64,000 nt of DNA from an uncultured Bacteroidia bacterium (lineage in GTDB: Bacteria > Bacteroidota > Bacteroidia > NS11-12g > UBA955): positions 829,467 through 893,466 of the forward strand of contig CALSPH010000001.1 in assembly GCA_943788195.1 (NCBI GenBank). The letters are read 5' to 3'. The notes under the pieces were generated by a model. The model made no database searches, had not been told where the DNA came from, and saw only the letters and a program-made list of their open reading frames with translations. Shown here in pieces: positions 31,727 through 41,651 of this stretch. Within the stretch, counting starts at the first letter, position 1. Every line of letters starts with the position of its first letter. The position numbers and the translations under genes are program-made.

Positions 31727-32358
31727 TTGCTTCCACGCTATATTCAGGATATTATATTAAATGGGGAAGGCTTGACGGTTGATTTTAAGCATTCTATTGC
31801 TGACAGTTATAAAATTGCCAAATCGTTGGTTTCATTTGCGAATTCGGCTGGGGGAATGCTGCTAGTAGGCGTTGATGATAAGGGAAGGGTTGTTGGCGTG
31901 GATGAGGATGAAGAAACGTATATGTTGGATGTTGCAGCCTTGAAGTATTGTAAGCCGCAATTGAAATTACCTATAAAAAACATACAAGCAATGACGGTAA
32001 TACGGTGTTGGAGTTTAATGTGCAGAAGGGTAAACAGACTCCTTATGCGTGTAAGGAGATAGATGGAAAATGGAGAGTTTATTTTAGGCAGGATGATGAA
32101 TGCAAATTAGCTTCTGTGGTACGGTTTAGAATGATGGAAATGCAGGCCTCAGCAAAGGGCGATGTAGTATTTAATGAGCAGGATAAGCAGGTAATTGAAC
32201 TTGTTGAAAACAATCCAGATGGTTTAACAAAAAAGCAAATTGTTAAAAAACTTAGTATTCCTTATCATCAGATAATCAGCATTATAGCAAGATTAACGTA
32301 TTTAAATGTTTTAAAAGAAAAATATAATTTAAACAAAATAATTTACTTGCTTCGGTAG
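31727..32358 (+). pseudogene. AlbA_2/Schlafen-like divergent AAA (putative DNA-binding) domain protein, frameshifted
   Basis: Two overlapping ORFs (frame 2 then frame 1) reconstruct one protein. The N-terminal 'DFKHS...FANSAGGMLLVGVDDKGRVVGV' is the AlbA_2 signature. The switch lies near the A6 run at ~31975-31980. Confidence 0.5.
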
Positions 32359-32405
32359 AAACACAACATTTTACCCTATTTTCGCGTTTAATTCAAAATA
32401 GACGA

Positions 32406-33349
32406 TTGAAAATAAATAATTTATATATCTGCCTTGGCTTGTTTCTGATCAATATTTCAGGCTTAACGGCTTATAATCTTGGTATCAATGTGAACCAGAA
32501 AAGTAAAGGCAATAGATCACGTCCTCATTTAATGATTGGATTAGGTTCATCCACTTTCTTGGGTGAATTAGGTGGGAAGCCTACTTTGGGAACGGATGAT
32601 CCATCAGATATCGATTTAAGCACGACTCGGTATGCCATTAGTGCTGGTTTATGGGTTCCTATGGGTAGAACTTTTGCTTTTAGAGGTTTGCTATCATATG
32701 CTCGACTAAGCGGGGATGACAAGTATACAATTAACCGAGAACGCAGAGGCAGAAATTTAAACTTTACAACGCCTTTATCAGAAGGAAGTTTAGCGTTAGA
32801 AATAAGCCCCGGCTCTAGTAAGCGATTTTATGTTTATGCTGGATCGGAATGGCTTTTTTCAATCCTTATACAAAGTTAAATGGGACCAAGCATTATTTGC
32901 AGCCATTGGGGACAGAAGGTCAGAATTATGACCAAAATAATCCGCCCTATGCACTGTCTGCAACAGTATATCCATTTGGTTTAGGTTATCGAATACCGGC
33001 GGGTCGTGGACAGCTTTCTTTTGAATTGGCCATGCGCAAATCAACCACGGATTATATTGATGATGTAAGCACAACATTTAGAGACCCTGCACTAATTCAG
33101 GCAAATGCTCCTGCTGGACAAGGTCAGACAGCTGTGGATTTGGCTGATCGAAGCATTTCAACTATTCCTGGTTTTAGCGACCCTGGTGCTATACGAGGTG
33201 ACCCAACGGATAACGACAATTATTTTTTTATTATGGTGTTTTATCACATTCCATTATCAGCCGGGGGCAACAATGGTAGCTTTGGTGGTGGAAGTAAAAA
33301 AAGAAAAGGTGGTTTATTAGGGAGCAAAAGAAAATGCGTTGAATTTTAA
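32406..33349 (+). pseudogene. Outer-membrane β-barrel protein, hypothetical, frameshifted at ~32845 (T6 run)
   Basis: Signal peptide plus alternating β-strand pattern. Two ORFs in different frames overlap at 32849-32879 and join as '...FYVYAG|...FFNPYTKLNG'. Gly-rich C-terminus. Confidence 0.4.
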
Positions 33350-33360
33350 CCAACGCATTT
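33332..33360 (-). terminator. Rho-independent terminator downstream of gcvH (stem AAATGCGTTG/CAACGCATTT)
   Basis: Perfect 10-bp inverted repeat with a 9-nt loop. On the minus strand it is followed by TTTTCTTTT. It sits between the convergent OMP (+) and gcvH (-) genes. Confidence 0.5.
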
Positions 33361-33387
33361 CTATCAATTATTATGATTGTATCTTTT

Positions 33388-33765
33388 CTAGCCCAGCATA
33401 GCTTCATAGCTGGCTGCATCCATAAGTTCGTCTAATTGACTTGAGTCACTCATTTTTATCTTAACCATCCAGCCATTTCCATAAGGATCAGAATTTACCG
33501 TTTCAGGGTCAGTTTCTAGGCTTGAATTAAATTCAACAATCTCCCCACTAATCGGCATAAATAAATCTGAAACCGTTTTAACTGCTTCAATGGTGCCAAA
33601 AGTTGCTTCTTGGTCAAGGGTTTCCCCTTCTGTTTCGATTTCAACAAATACGATATCTCCTAATTCGCCTTGGGCAAAGTCTGTGATGCCTACTGTTGCT
33701 ACGTCACCTTCAACTTTAATCCATTCGTGGTCTTTGGTGTATTTTAAATCTTGTGGAATATTCAT
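33388..33765 (-). CDS. gcvH: Glycine cleavage system H protein
   Basis: 125 aa. Lipoyl-lysine context 'IEAVKTVSD'. '[13 protein letters not shown]' N-terminus. Confidence 0.9.
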   Translation of the reverse strand: MNIPQDLKYTKDHEWIKVEGDVATVGITDFAQGELGDIVFVEIETEGETLDQEATFGTIEAVKTVSDLFMPISGEIVEFNSSLETDPETVNSDPYGNGWMVKIKMSDSSQLDELMDAASYEAMLG

Positions 33766-33801
33766 GTGTTCTTATTTTATGATACGAAATTACGTGTTTC
33801 T

Positions 33802-34647
33802 TTAGGAATAAATCAAATTTACCAAGGTAGAAACTTTAGCTTTTAGTTCTTTCCTGTGAACTATAAAGTCAACAAATCCATGCTCTTGCAAGAATTCGCT
33901 GCTTTGAAAGCCTTCGGGTAAATCTTTGCCAATCGTTTCCTTAATTACTCTTGGCCCTGCAAAACCAATTAATGCTTCTGGTTCAGCAATATTAAAATCA
34001 CCCAGCATTGCAAAACTTGCTGTAATACCACCCGTTGTTGGGTCGGTCATTAAGGATATGTAAGGAACGCCCTCTTTTGCTAACAGCGCAAGTTTGGCAG
34101 ACGTTTTGGCCATTTGCATAAGCGAAAATGCAGCTTCCATCATTCGGGCACCTCCTGATTTACTTATGATCATTAAAGGTTGCTTATTTTCTCGAGCGTA
34201 ATCAATGGCTCGACCAATTTTTTCACCAACCACTGAGCCCATGGAACCGCCAATGAATCCAAAGTCCATACATGCAACAGTCCATTCGCGTTTGTTTATT
34301 TTACCTGTAGAGGTCCTAACAGCATCTTTCAAGCCACTTTTTTTGGTGCTTTTAATAATGCGATCGGTATAAGCAACATTGTCCTTAAATTTTAGCGGGT
34401 CTGCTGAAACAAGATTAGGGTTCAATTCCACATACTTGCCTCGGTCAAAGAGAATATCAAAATAGCCTTCAGAGTCCAATCGATTGTGTTTGCCGCATTC
34501 AGGGCATACATGTAAATTGGCTACAAAATCTTTTTGAGGCGTTATGGCTTTGCATTTACCACACTTAAACCAAAGGCCATCCGGGGTAGGCTTTTTGTCT
34601 TGAGTTTTAGTTACTATATTATCTTTTACCCTTCTAAACCAACTCAT
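33802..34647 (-). CDS. accD: Acetyl-CoA carboxylase carboxyltransferase subunit beta
   Basis: 281 aa. N-terminal C4 zinc ribbon (CGKCKA...CPECGKH). CoA carboxyltransferase fold. Confidence 0.9.
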   Translation of the reverse strand: MSWFRRVKDNIVTKTQDKKPTPDGLWFKCGKCKAITPQKDFVANLHVCPECGKHNRLDSEGYFDILFDRGKYVELNPNLVSADPLKFKDNVAYTDRIIKSTKKSGLKDAVRTSTGKINKREWTVACMDFGFIGGSMGSVVGEKIGRAIDYARENKQPLMIISKSGGARMMEAAFSLMQMAKTSAKLALLAKEGVPYISLMTDPTTGGITASFAMLGDFNIAEPEALIGFAGPRVIKETIGKDLPEGFQSSEFLQEHGFVDFIVHRKELKAKVSTLVNLIYS

Positions 34648-34689
34648 ATATACTCGTTACGCGAAATCAAAAGTAAATTAAAATTGTGG

Positions 34690-35769
34690 CTATGCCAAGT
34701 CAATTGAAGTATCCAAATAAACGTCTTGAATTGCATTCAATAATTCAATTCCTTCATTCATTGGTTTTTGAAAGGCTTTTCTTCCAGAAATAAGACCATG
34801 ACCTCCTGCGCGTTTGTTAATCACTGCAGTTGCCACAGCTTCAGCTAAATCACTAGCGCCTGAGCTAGCACCTCCACTGTTGATTAAACCTTGTCTTCCC
34901 ATGTAGCAATTAGCTACCTGGTAACGAGTCAAATCAATGGGATGATCTGTAGTTAAATCAGTGTAAACTTTTTTATGTGTCTTTCCAACATTGATGGCAT
35001 TATATCCGCCATTATTGGTAGGTAATTTTTGCTTGATAATATCAGCTTGAATGGTAACCCCTAAGTGATTTGCTTGTGCAGTTAAATCTGCAGCAGCATG
35101 ATAATCAACACCATCTTTTTTAAAGTCACTGTTTCTTAAGTAACACCATAATACGGTAGCCATTCCTAATTCGTGAGCTCTTTCAAAAGCTGCTGCAACC
35201 TCTTGAATTTGACGATTACTCTCAGAACTACCAAAATAAATAGTAGCACCAACAGCTCTTGCCCCTAAATTCCATGCTTCATCAACACTTCCAAACATAA
35301 TTTGGTCAAATGAATTGGGGTAACTTAAAAATTCATTGTGATTGATTTTAACAATGAAAGGGATTTTATGCGCATATTTTCTGCTGCATGCAGCCAAAAC
35401 ACCATACGTAGATGCAACCGCATTGCAACCCCCTTCAATAGCTAGCTTAACTATATTTTCAGGATCGAAATAATCTATATTCGGAGCAAAGCTTGCACCA
35501 CCACTGTGCTCTATTCCTTGATCAACCGGTAAAATAGATACGTAACCTGAGTCAGCAAGTCGTCCATTTCCGTAGAGATCTTTTAAGCTTCGTAGAACTT
35601 GTGGAGAGCGGTTCGTTTGAGCAAAGACCTCATTAATAAAATTGGGGCCTGCAGTATGAAGTTTGGATTTATCAATGGTAGCACATTTGTGCTCAAGTAA
35701 ATGGGCAGCTTCTGCGCCTAAAATTTCAGCTGTTTTTGACATAATTTTTCTTCTAAAAAACGGCTGCAA
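34690..35769 (-). CDS. fbaB: Class I fructose-bisphosphate aldolase (FbaB/DhnA type)
   Basis: Near-collinear with E. coli FbaB: '[15 protein letters not shown]', '[19 protein letters not shown]', '[18 protein letters not shown]'. Confidence 0.9.
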   Translation of the reverse strand: MQPFFRRKIMSKTAEILGAEAAHLLEHKCATIDKSKLHTAGPNFINEVFAQTNRSPQVLRSLKDLYGNGRLADSGYVSILPVDQGIEHSGGASFAPNIDYFDPENIVKLAIEGGCNAVASTYGVLAACSRKYAHKIPFIVKINHNEFLSYPNSFDQIMFGSVDEAWNLGARAVGATIYFGSSESNRQIQEVAAAFERAHELGMATVLWCYLRNSDFKKDGVDYHAAADLTAQANHLGVTIQADIIKQKLPTNNGGYNAINVGKTHKKVYTDLTTDHPIDLTRYQVANCYMGRQGLINSGGASSGASDLAEAVATAVINKRAGGHGLISGRKAFQKPMNEGIELLNAIQDVYLDTSIDLA

Positions 35770-35804
35770 AAATAGGTAGAATACGGCTAAAAAGCAAAGA
35801 AAGA

Positions 35805-36161
35805 TTAGGCCCTTTTAACGATCAGTTTTTTGGTGGCCTTTAGTGTGCTTCCCTCATATATCTTAATAAGGTAGATTCCGCTTTGAACGTTAAGGTCCAA
35901 TAAGCGAATGATATGATTTTCAGTAAACTGAGATATAGTCGGACTTTTATGAACCACGGTGCCTAAAATATTGCTTATAACAATATGATAATTGGCTGTG
36001 GCCTGGTATTTAATATTCACCATGTTCACCGCTGGGTTAGGGTAGATGGTAAAATCATATTCTTGTTGAGCTTCCCAAAATGAATGGTTTGCTTGAACCT
36101 GCTGCGCAATTGTAGCCATCAGAATCATTATTAATCCAAAAGTTTTCATTATTCCGTTCAT
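35805..36161 (-). CDS. Small secreted protein with a T9SS C-terminal sorting domain
   Basis: 118 aa. Signal peptide. C-terminal '[21 protein letters not shown]' Por_Secre_tail pattern. Confidence 0.5.
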   Translation of the reverse strand: MNGIMKTFGLIMILMATIAQQVQANHSFWEAQQEYDFTIYPNPAVNMVNIKYQATANYHIVISNILGTVVHKSPTISQFTENHIIRLLDLNVQSGIYLIKIYEGSTLKATKKLIVKRA

Positions 36162-36283
36162 AGTCCTTCCCTCCTTAAGTTAATTACGGCAAAATGCGTA
36201 CCAAAACACGATAATTAAGTACTTTATTTTCTATTTTACCGATTGATTACCAAACTAGCTAAAAGAGTTTTAATTTTGTTTGC

Positions 36284-36721
36284 ATGCAAATCGCCATAGA
36301 AAAAGTGAATCCAACCAAGAAAGATTTTAATATCCTGCGAGCAATTCGTCAGGAAGTGTTTGTAGTGGAGCAAGAAGTGGATCCAAAAGAAGAATTTGAT
36401 GCTTTTGAAGAAGTATCAACTCATTTTTTGGTTCGTATGAACGATGAACCAGCCGCCACTTGTAGGTATCGAAAAACGGATAACGGAACCAAACTAGAAC
36501 GCTTTGCCGTGTTGAAGCAATTTAGAAGGAAAGGGGCTGGAAGCATTATGGTCCAGGCTTGTTTAGCTGAGTTGGATAAATCACAGAAAATTTATCTGCA
36601 TGCGCAAGTTGATGCCATACCGTTGTATTCTGCGAATGGGTTTGAGGCCTATGGAGATTTGTTTTACGAGTGTGATATACCGCATTATGCCATGCATTGG
36701 ACAGGTAAACAGAAAGGATAA
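36284..36721 (+). CDS. GNAT-family N-acetyltransferase
   Basis: 145 aa. The 'FRRKGAGSIMV' (R/Q-x-x-G-x-G/A) acetyl-CoA-binding motif. Confidence 0.7.
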   Translation: MQIAIEKVNPTKKDFNILRAIRQEVFVVEQEVDPKEEFDAFEEVSTHFLVRMNDEPAATCRYRKTDNGTKLERFAVLKQFRRKGAGSIMVQACLAELDKSQKIYLHAQVDAIPLYSANGFEAYGDLFYECDIPHYAMHWTGKQKG

Positions 36722-36768
36722 ACCTAAAATGAAAAAAAATACCTTGCTTTGCTCTATAATTTAGCTTT

Positions 36769-37935
36769 ATGTACGCAACACTTTTTGATCTAATAAAAAA
36801 CACCATTGGAATTGAAATAAAACCACTGGCCATTGTAAATACATTTGGTTTGTTGGTGGCCATATCCTTTTTCGCTGCATACTATGTAATGAGTCTAGAA
36901 CTAAAGCGTTTAGAAAAGGAAGGGAAAATAAAGGCGAAACGGGTTAATAAACGATATGAGGCAGTAATCAATCCAATGGAATTCATTTTTAACGGAATTT
37001 TGGGTTTTGTCTTTGGTTGGAAGATTGTTTATATGCTAACCAATTTTGATTTGGTACGTCAAAATTCGCAAGAAGTGATATTCTCAACCCAAGGAAGTAT
37101 TATGTGGGGTTTTATCGTTGCCGCTGTTTTTGTTGGGCAAAAGTATATGGAATACAGAGCCCAAAAGAAGCTCTATCCTGAACCGGTTGAAAAGGAGATC
37201 ACCGAACACCCTTTTCAGATTATGGGTCAAATAACCATTGTTGCCTTTATAGCAGGCATATTGGGTGCAAAGGTGTTTCATATTTTAGAAGATTGGAGCA
37301 ACTTTATACAGGATCCCATTGATGCAATATTTTCATTAAGCGGCTTAACGTACTACGGTGGTTTGATTTGCGGTGGCTTGGGTGTGGTGTATTATGCGAA
37401 TAAAAATGGTATAAAACCATTGCACATCTTAGATGCAGGAGCTACCACTATGATGCTTGCCTATGGTTTAGGAAGATTGGGTTGTCATTTGGCAGGAGAT
37501 GGTGATTGGGGTATTGATAATTTGGCAGCTAAACCGGGTTGGATTCCACAGTTCTTGTGGTCTTCTAAATATCCCAATAATGTATTGAATGCAGATCCTG
37601 GGAATGTGATTGAAGGATGCGTTGGGCCCTATTGTAATGAGTTGATTAACCCTGTTTATCCAACACCACTCTATGAAGTGATGATGTGTTTAGTGCTTTT
37701 TGCCATTTTATGGTCTATTCGTAAACGCATAAAAATACCAGGGATGTTATTTGGGGTTTATTTGGTAATGAATGGTGTAGAGCGATTCTTAATTGAAAAA
37801 ATTAGGGTGAATAGCCTGTATAAAGTGTTTGGGGTAGAATTCACTCAAGCAGAAATGATTAGCAGCATCATTGTACTTTTGGGTATTGCCTTGATTCTTT
37901 ATAGTAGGAAAGTATATAAGCCCGCACTTGTATAG
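36769..37935 (+). CDS. lgt: Prolipoprotein diacylglyceryl transferase (long N-terminal extension form)
   Basis: Multi-TM protein. 'GLGRLGCHLAGDGDWG' matches the Lgt G-R-x-G-C/N signature. 'YYGGLICG' matches HGGLIG. 388 aa, as in Bacteroidota Lgt. Confidence 0.7.
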   Translation: MYATLFDLIKNTIGIEIKPLAIVNTFGLLVAISFFAAYYVMSLELKRLEKEGKIKAKRVNKRYEAVINPMEFIFNGILGFVFGWKIVYMLTNFDLVRQNSQEVIFSTQGSIMWGFIVAAVFVGQKYMEYRAQKKLYPEPVEKEITEHPFQIMGQITIVAFIAGILGAKVFHILEDWSNFIQDPIDAIFSLSGLTYYGGLICGGLGVVYYANKNGIKPLHILDAGATTMMLAYGLGRLGCHLAGDGDWGIDNLAAKPGWIPQFLWSSKYPNNVLNADPGNVIEGCVGPYCNELINPVYPTPLYEVMMCLVLFAILWSIRKRIKIPGMLFGVYLVMNGVERFLIEKIRVNSLYKVFGVEFTQAEMISSIIVLLGIALILYSRKVYKPALV

Positions 37936-38006
37936 TTATAGTAAGGAGAGTGTTCTGCTCACTCTATAGCAGTTCTCAAGTGGGAATATTAAATTGCAAT
38001 TGATAA

Positions 38007-38756
38007 ATGCTTCAAGACATAGCCATATCTATTCAAGAATACTTCAAACAAAATTTAACGTTTGAAACTTTTAGCCTAGAACATATTGTTACTCTTATTG
38101 TATGCTTGATACTGATCATTTTTATTCCACGTTATGCGAATCGTAAGCTGAATGAAATTCAACAAAAAAAATTGGGTGCCTTTTTAGGCTGGCTCATTGC
38201 GGGCACCTACATTTTTAGTCTTTTATTAATGCTAGCATCAGGCAACTTTAATGTAAAGACTGACCTGCCTTTACAGCTTTGCAGGTTTACCAATCTTGCT
38301 ATAGTATTGGTAATGGTTTGGCGCAAGTATTTTTGGTTTGAGATTATCTTTTTTTGGGCATTTGCTGGCATGTTGCAGGCCTCATTTACACCTGAATTAG
38401 ACCACAGTTTTCCGCACTGGTTTTTTATTCGGTACTGGTTAGGCCATCCTGGAATTATATTGTGTATGGTATATGCGGTAGTGGTTTTTAAATTTATACC
38501 AACCCTTAAAAGCATAGGAAAATCCTTTGTGGCTGTCAATGTATTTATGTTATTGATAGTTGGATTTAATTACTTGTTAGATGCCAATTATTTATGGTTG
38601 AGGCACAAACCTGTTTTTCCAACATTGATGGATTTTTGTGGCCCATGGCCCTATTATATAATTATTTTAGAGTTGTTGGCTTTGTTTCATTTTATACTAG
38701 CGTATTTGCCATTTGCAATATCAAATCGCATGAAACGCATAAAAAACGGGCGTTAA
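38007..38756 (+). CDS. TIGR02206/YwaF-family intramembrane protein
   Basis: 249 aa, ~7 TM helices, with a conserved 'LPLQLCRF' segment. Confidence 0.45.
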   Translation: MLQDIAISIQEYFKQNLTFETFSLEHIVTLIVCLILIIFIPRYANRKLNEIQQKKLGAFLGWLIAGTYIFSLLLMLASGNFNVKTDLPLQLCRFTNLAIVLVMVWRKYFWFEIIFFWAFAGMLQASFTPELDHSFPHWFFIRYWLGHPGIILCMVYAVVVFKFIPTLKSIGKSFVAVNVFMLLIVGFNYLLDANYLWLRHKPVFPTLMDFCGPWPYYIIILELLALFHFILAYLPFAISNRMKRIKNGR

Positions 38757-39970
38757 TTTTTTTTCTTAGCAAGCAGTTCTTCAATTTTCAATTCGAGCGC
38801 TGGGCCATGCAAGTTCTTTCCAGCAATATTACCATCCTGGTCAATTAAGAACGTAGCCGGGATGCCATGTACACTATATTTCTTCGCTGCTGCATTACTC
38901 CAATATTTTAAATCACTCACCTGTTTCCATATAAGTTTTTGAGCGATAATAGTATTGGCCCATTTAGAACTATCGCGATCTAAGGATACACCATAAATTT
39001 CAAATCCTTTGTCCTTGTATTTTGCATACGTATTTTTCAATCTGGGCATAGAAATCATACATGGTCTGCACCATGAGGCCCAAAAGTCAATTAGAACCAC
39101 TTTACCTTTTAAAGAGGAAAGTTTAAGTACTTTTCCCTGAGGTGTTTTTTGGCTTATTTCAGGAGCAGGAGAGCCTATTGCAGTTGTTTTTTCTGTTTCG
39201 CTCCAGCTTTTAAGAATCTGTGTATACGCCATTTGTTCATCGTACTTTTTGCATTTTAAATATGCTTGGTTTATGGTTTTATAATCCGGCTCCTGAAGTA
39301 AAAATTTGAGCACAAAATATGGAGCGGCAGAGGGCTCTGCTGCATTCATTTCAGCAATAATCGCTTTTTGACGCTCACCTTCCATTGCAGCCATACTGAG
39401 GCGTGCGTTATTCAATTGTTCTTTGGTGGTTACATTCTTGTCATAACCCATTACTTGACGCTGCAATGTGTTCAGTTTGTACAGGTAGCCACTATTTAAT
39501 TCCGTTAGTTTTTTGATCTGTTGGGCAGATTCTATATGTGTGCCTTCCAGTAAATAAGATACACCCCCTTGAACGGTTTTAATTCTAAGCTTCATTTTAC
39601 TTTGATTGTTTAAAGCAGTAGGGAAACCTAAACGTTCGCCAAATTGGATGTAACAGATCTGTTCATTCCCCAAGACTTTTTGCATCCGGAAGTATCCTGC
39701 GGAATCCGTTCTAGCAGAATCAATGAAGGTTAAATTTTCTGGAGTGTATTCAAATACAACAATCAAGTTGTTGGGGCGATTTACTAAGGTGCCTTCAACT
39801 ACAAAACCATTCTCTCCAAGGTCTGGTTTAATGTCATCAGCTACGTATTCACCGCCATTAAAAATCTTAGCATACATCCTTTGATAGCTTTCTTGCGTAG
39901 TTGTATGTGCGCAGGAAATAAATAGAATGGGTATCAACCATAGCAATTTCTTTTGTATTAACTTTTTCAT
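38753..39970 (-). CDS. TlpA/redoxin-family thiol-disulfide oxidoreductase with an N-terminal DUF4369-like domain
   Basis: 405 aa lipoprotein. Thioredoxin active site 'WASWCRPC'. Abuts gatB with no gap. Confidence 0.75.
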   Translation of the reverse strand: MKKLIQKKLLWLIPILFISCAHTTTQESYQRMYAKIFNGGEYVADDIKPDLGENGFVVEGTLVNRPNNLIVVFEYTPENLTFIDSARTDSAGYFRMQKVLGNEQICYIQFGERLGFPTALNNQSKMKLRIKTVQGGVSYLLEGTHIESAQQIKKLTELNSGYLYKLNTLQRQVMGYDKNVTTKEQLNNARLSMAAMEGERQKAIIAEMNAAEPSAAPYFVLKFLLQEPDYKTINQAYLKCKKYDEQMAYTQILKSWSETEKTTAIGSPAPEISQKTPQGKVLKLSSLKGKVVLIDFWASWCRPCMISMPRLKNTYAKYKDKGFEIYGVSLDRDSSKWANTIIAQKLIWKQVSDLKYWSNAAAKKYSVHGIPATFLIDQDGNIAGKNLHGPALELKIEELLAKKKN

Positions 39971-41458
39971 TTAATCTAGTCTCTTTCTTATTTCTTCATT
40001 AACCACTTTCGGATCGGCTTTTCCTTGCGAACCCCGCATAACCTCACCCACAAAAAGGCCCAATAAATTGGTCTTACCATTTTTATAAGCCTCAACCTTA
40101 TCAGGGAACTTATTGAATGCAGCTTCAATGAGACCTCCAATAAAGTCGGTGTCTGATGTCTGTATTACATTCAATTCTTGTGCCAAGCTCAATACATCCT
40201 TGTTTGGGTTTTTAGCTAATGCAGGAAAGACGTTTTGAGCTGCAGAAGAGTTGCTTAGTTTTCCATCATCTATAAGTAAAATTAATTCAGCAATTGCTTT
40301 TGGACTAATTTCGAATCGTTCAATGGGTATTGCATTTTCATTCAAATAGGATTTAATGGATCCCATAACCCAGTTGGCTGCCGCCTTGTAGTTGTTGGTA
40401 TGTTCTGCAATTCGCAAGAAATATTCGGCAATTTGTTTATCCTCCGAAATTACTTCCACATCATATTCGGGAAGCTTCATTTCTTCTCTCAATTTTTTAC
40501 TTACTGCTTTCGGAAGCATTGGCATTTTGGATTGGATTTCATTTTTCCAATCATCAGAAATGATTAAAGGAGGTAAATCCGGTTCAGGGAAATAGCGATA
40601 GTCGTTGGCCATTTCTTTCGCACGCATACTAAAGGTAGAGCCATCCAATGGGTTAAATCCTCGCGTTTCACTGATAAATGTTTCTCCTTGGTCCAATAAG
40701 TCTGCCTGACGCTTAATCTCAAATTGGATCGCGCGTTTAACATTGCTCATGGAGTTCATGTTCTTAACCTCTACTTTGGTTCCAAATACCTCTGTGCCTT
40801 TTTTCATTATTGAAATATTGGCATCACATCGTAAACTGCCTTCTTCCATGTTGCCATCACAAATGCCTAAATACCGCACTAATTTTCTCACTTCAGTGAT
40901 GAATTGATAGGCTTCATCTCCACTTCGTATTTCGGGTTCAGTAACGATTTCTATCAAAGGCGTGCCAGCACGATTATAGTCTACCAAGGTATCATAGATA
41001 TCTTGGTCGTGCATGCTTTTACCCGAATCTTCCTCCATGTGAATTCTCGTAAGACTAATTCGTTTTTTTACACCATCGGTGATAATGTCAACCGCACCAT
41101 TGGTGCAAATTGGGGTTTTGTCTTGGGTAATCTGATATCCTTTCGGCAAATCAGCGTAGAAGTAATTCTTGCGCGCATATTGATTGTGCTCTCGGATATC
41201 ACAATCCAAGGCTAATCCCATCATAACCGCATATTCTACAGCAGATTTATTGTGTTTGGGCAAAGTGCCAGGATGCCCCAAACTAATTGGACTTACCTGG
41301 GTATTTGGCATCATGCCATATTCTGTAGCATCTGGACAAAACGCTTTGGATTTCGTTTGGAGTTGAGCGTGAATCTCTAAACCGATGACTGCTTGATAAT
41401 CTTCTACTGGCATTTTTAAGGTTCGCAAATTTACGATATATCCGATAGAAATGCGCAT
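39971..41458 (-). CDS. gatB: Asp-tRNA(Asn)/Glu-tRNA(Gln) amidotransferase subunit B
   Basis: 495 aa. 'YQAVIGLEIHAQL' N-terminus. GatB_N, GatB_Yqey C-terminal domain. Confidence 0.95.
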   Translation of the reverse strand: MRISIGYIVNLRTLKMPVEDYQAVIGLEIHAQLQTKSKAFCPDATEYGMMPNTQVSPISLGHPGTLPKHNKSAVEYAVMMGLALDCDIREHNQYARKNYFYADLPKGYQITQDKTPICTNGAVDIITDGVKKRISLTRIHMEEDSGKSMHDQDIYDTLVDYNRAGTPLIEIVTEPEIRSGDEAYQFITEVRKLVRYLGICDGNMEEGSLRCDANISIMKKGTEVFGTKVEVKNMNSMSNVKRAIQFEIKRQADLLDQGETFISETRGFNPLDGSTFSMRAKEMANDYRYFPEPDLPPLIISDDWKNEIQSKMPMLPKAVSKKLREEMKLPEYDVEVISEDKQIAEYFLRIAEHTNNYKAAANWVMGSIKSYLNENAIPIERFEISPKAIAELILLIDDGKLSNSSAAQNVFPALAKNPNKDVLSLAQELNVIQTSDTDFIGGLIEAAFNKFPDKVEAYKNGKTNLLGLFVGEVMRGSQGKADPKVVNEEIRKRLD

Positions 41459-41651
41459 TTCCCCACATTAGAAATCAGATTTTGATTTGCTTAAATTATC
41501 TAATGTTTTCTTGATTAGCGCTAGCTACAGAAGAATCTCATGAAATATCACTGACAATTATTGGCTTCACTACCCTGCAATGAAATGGATATTATATCTT
41601 GGCATTATTACTTTTGAGTACAATAAATGTATATATTAGTGCCTTATTGCT

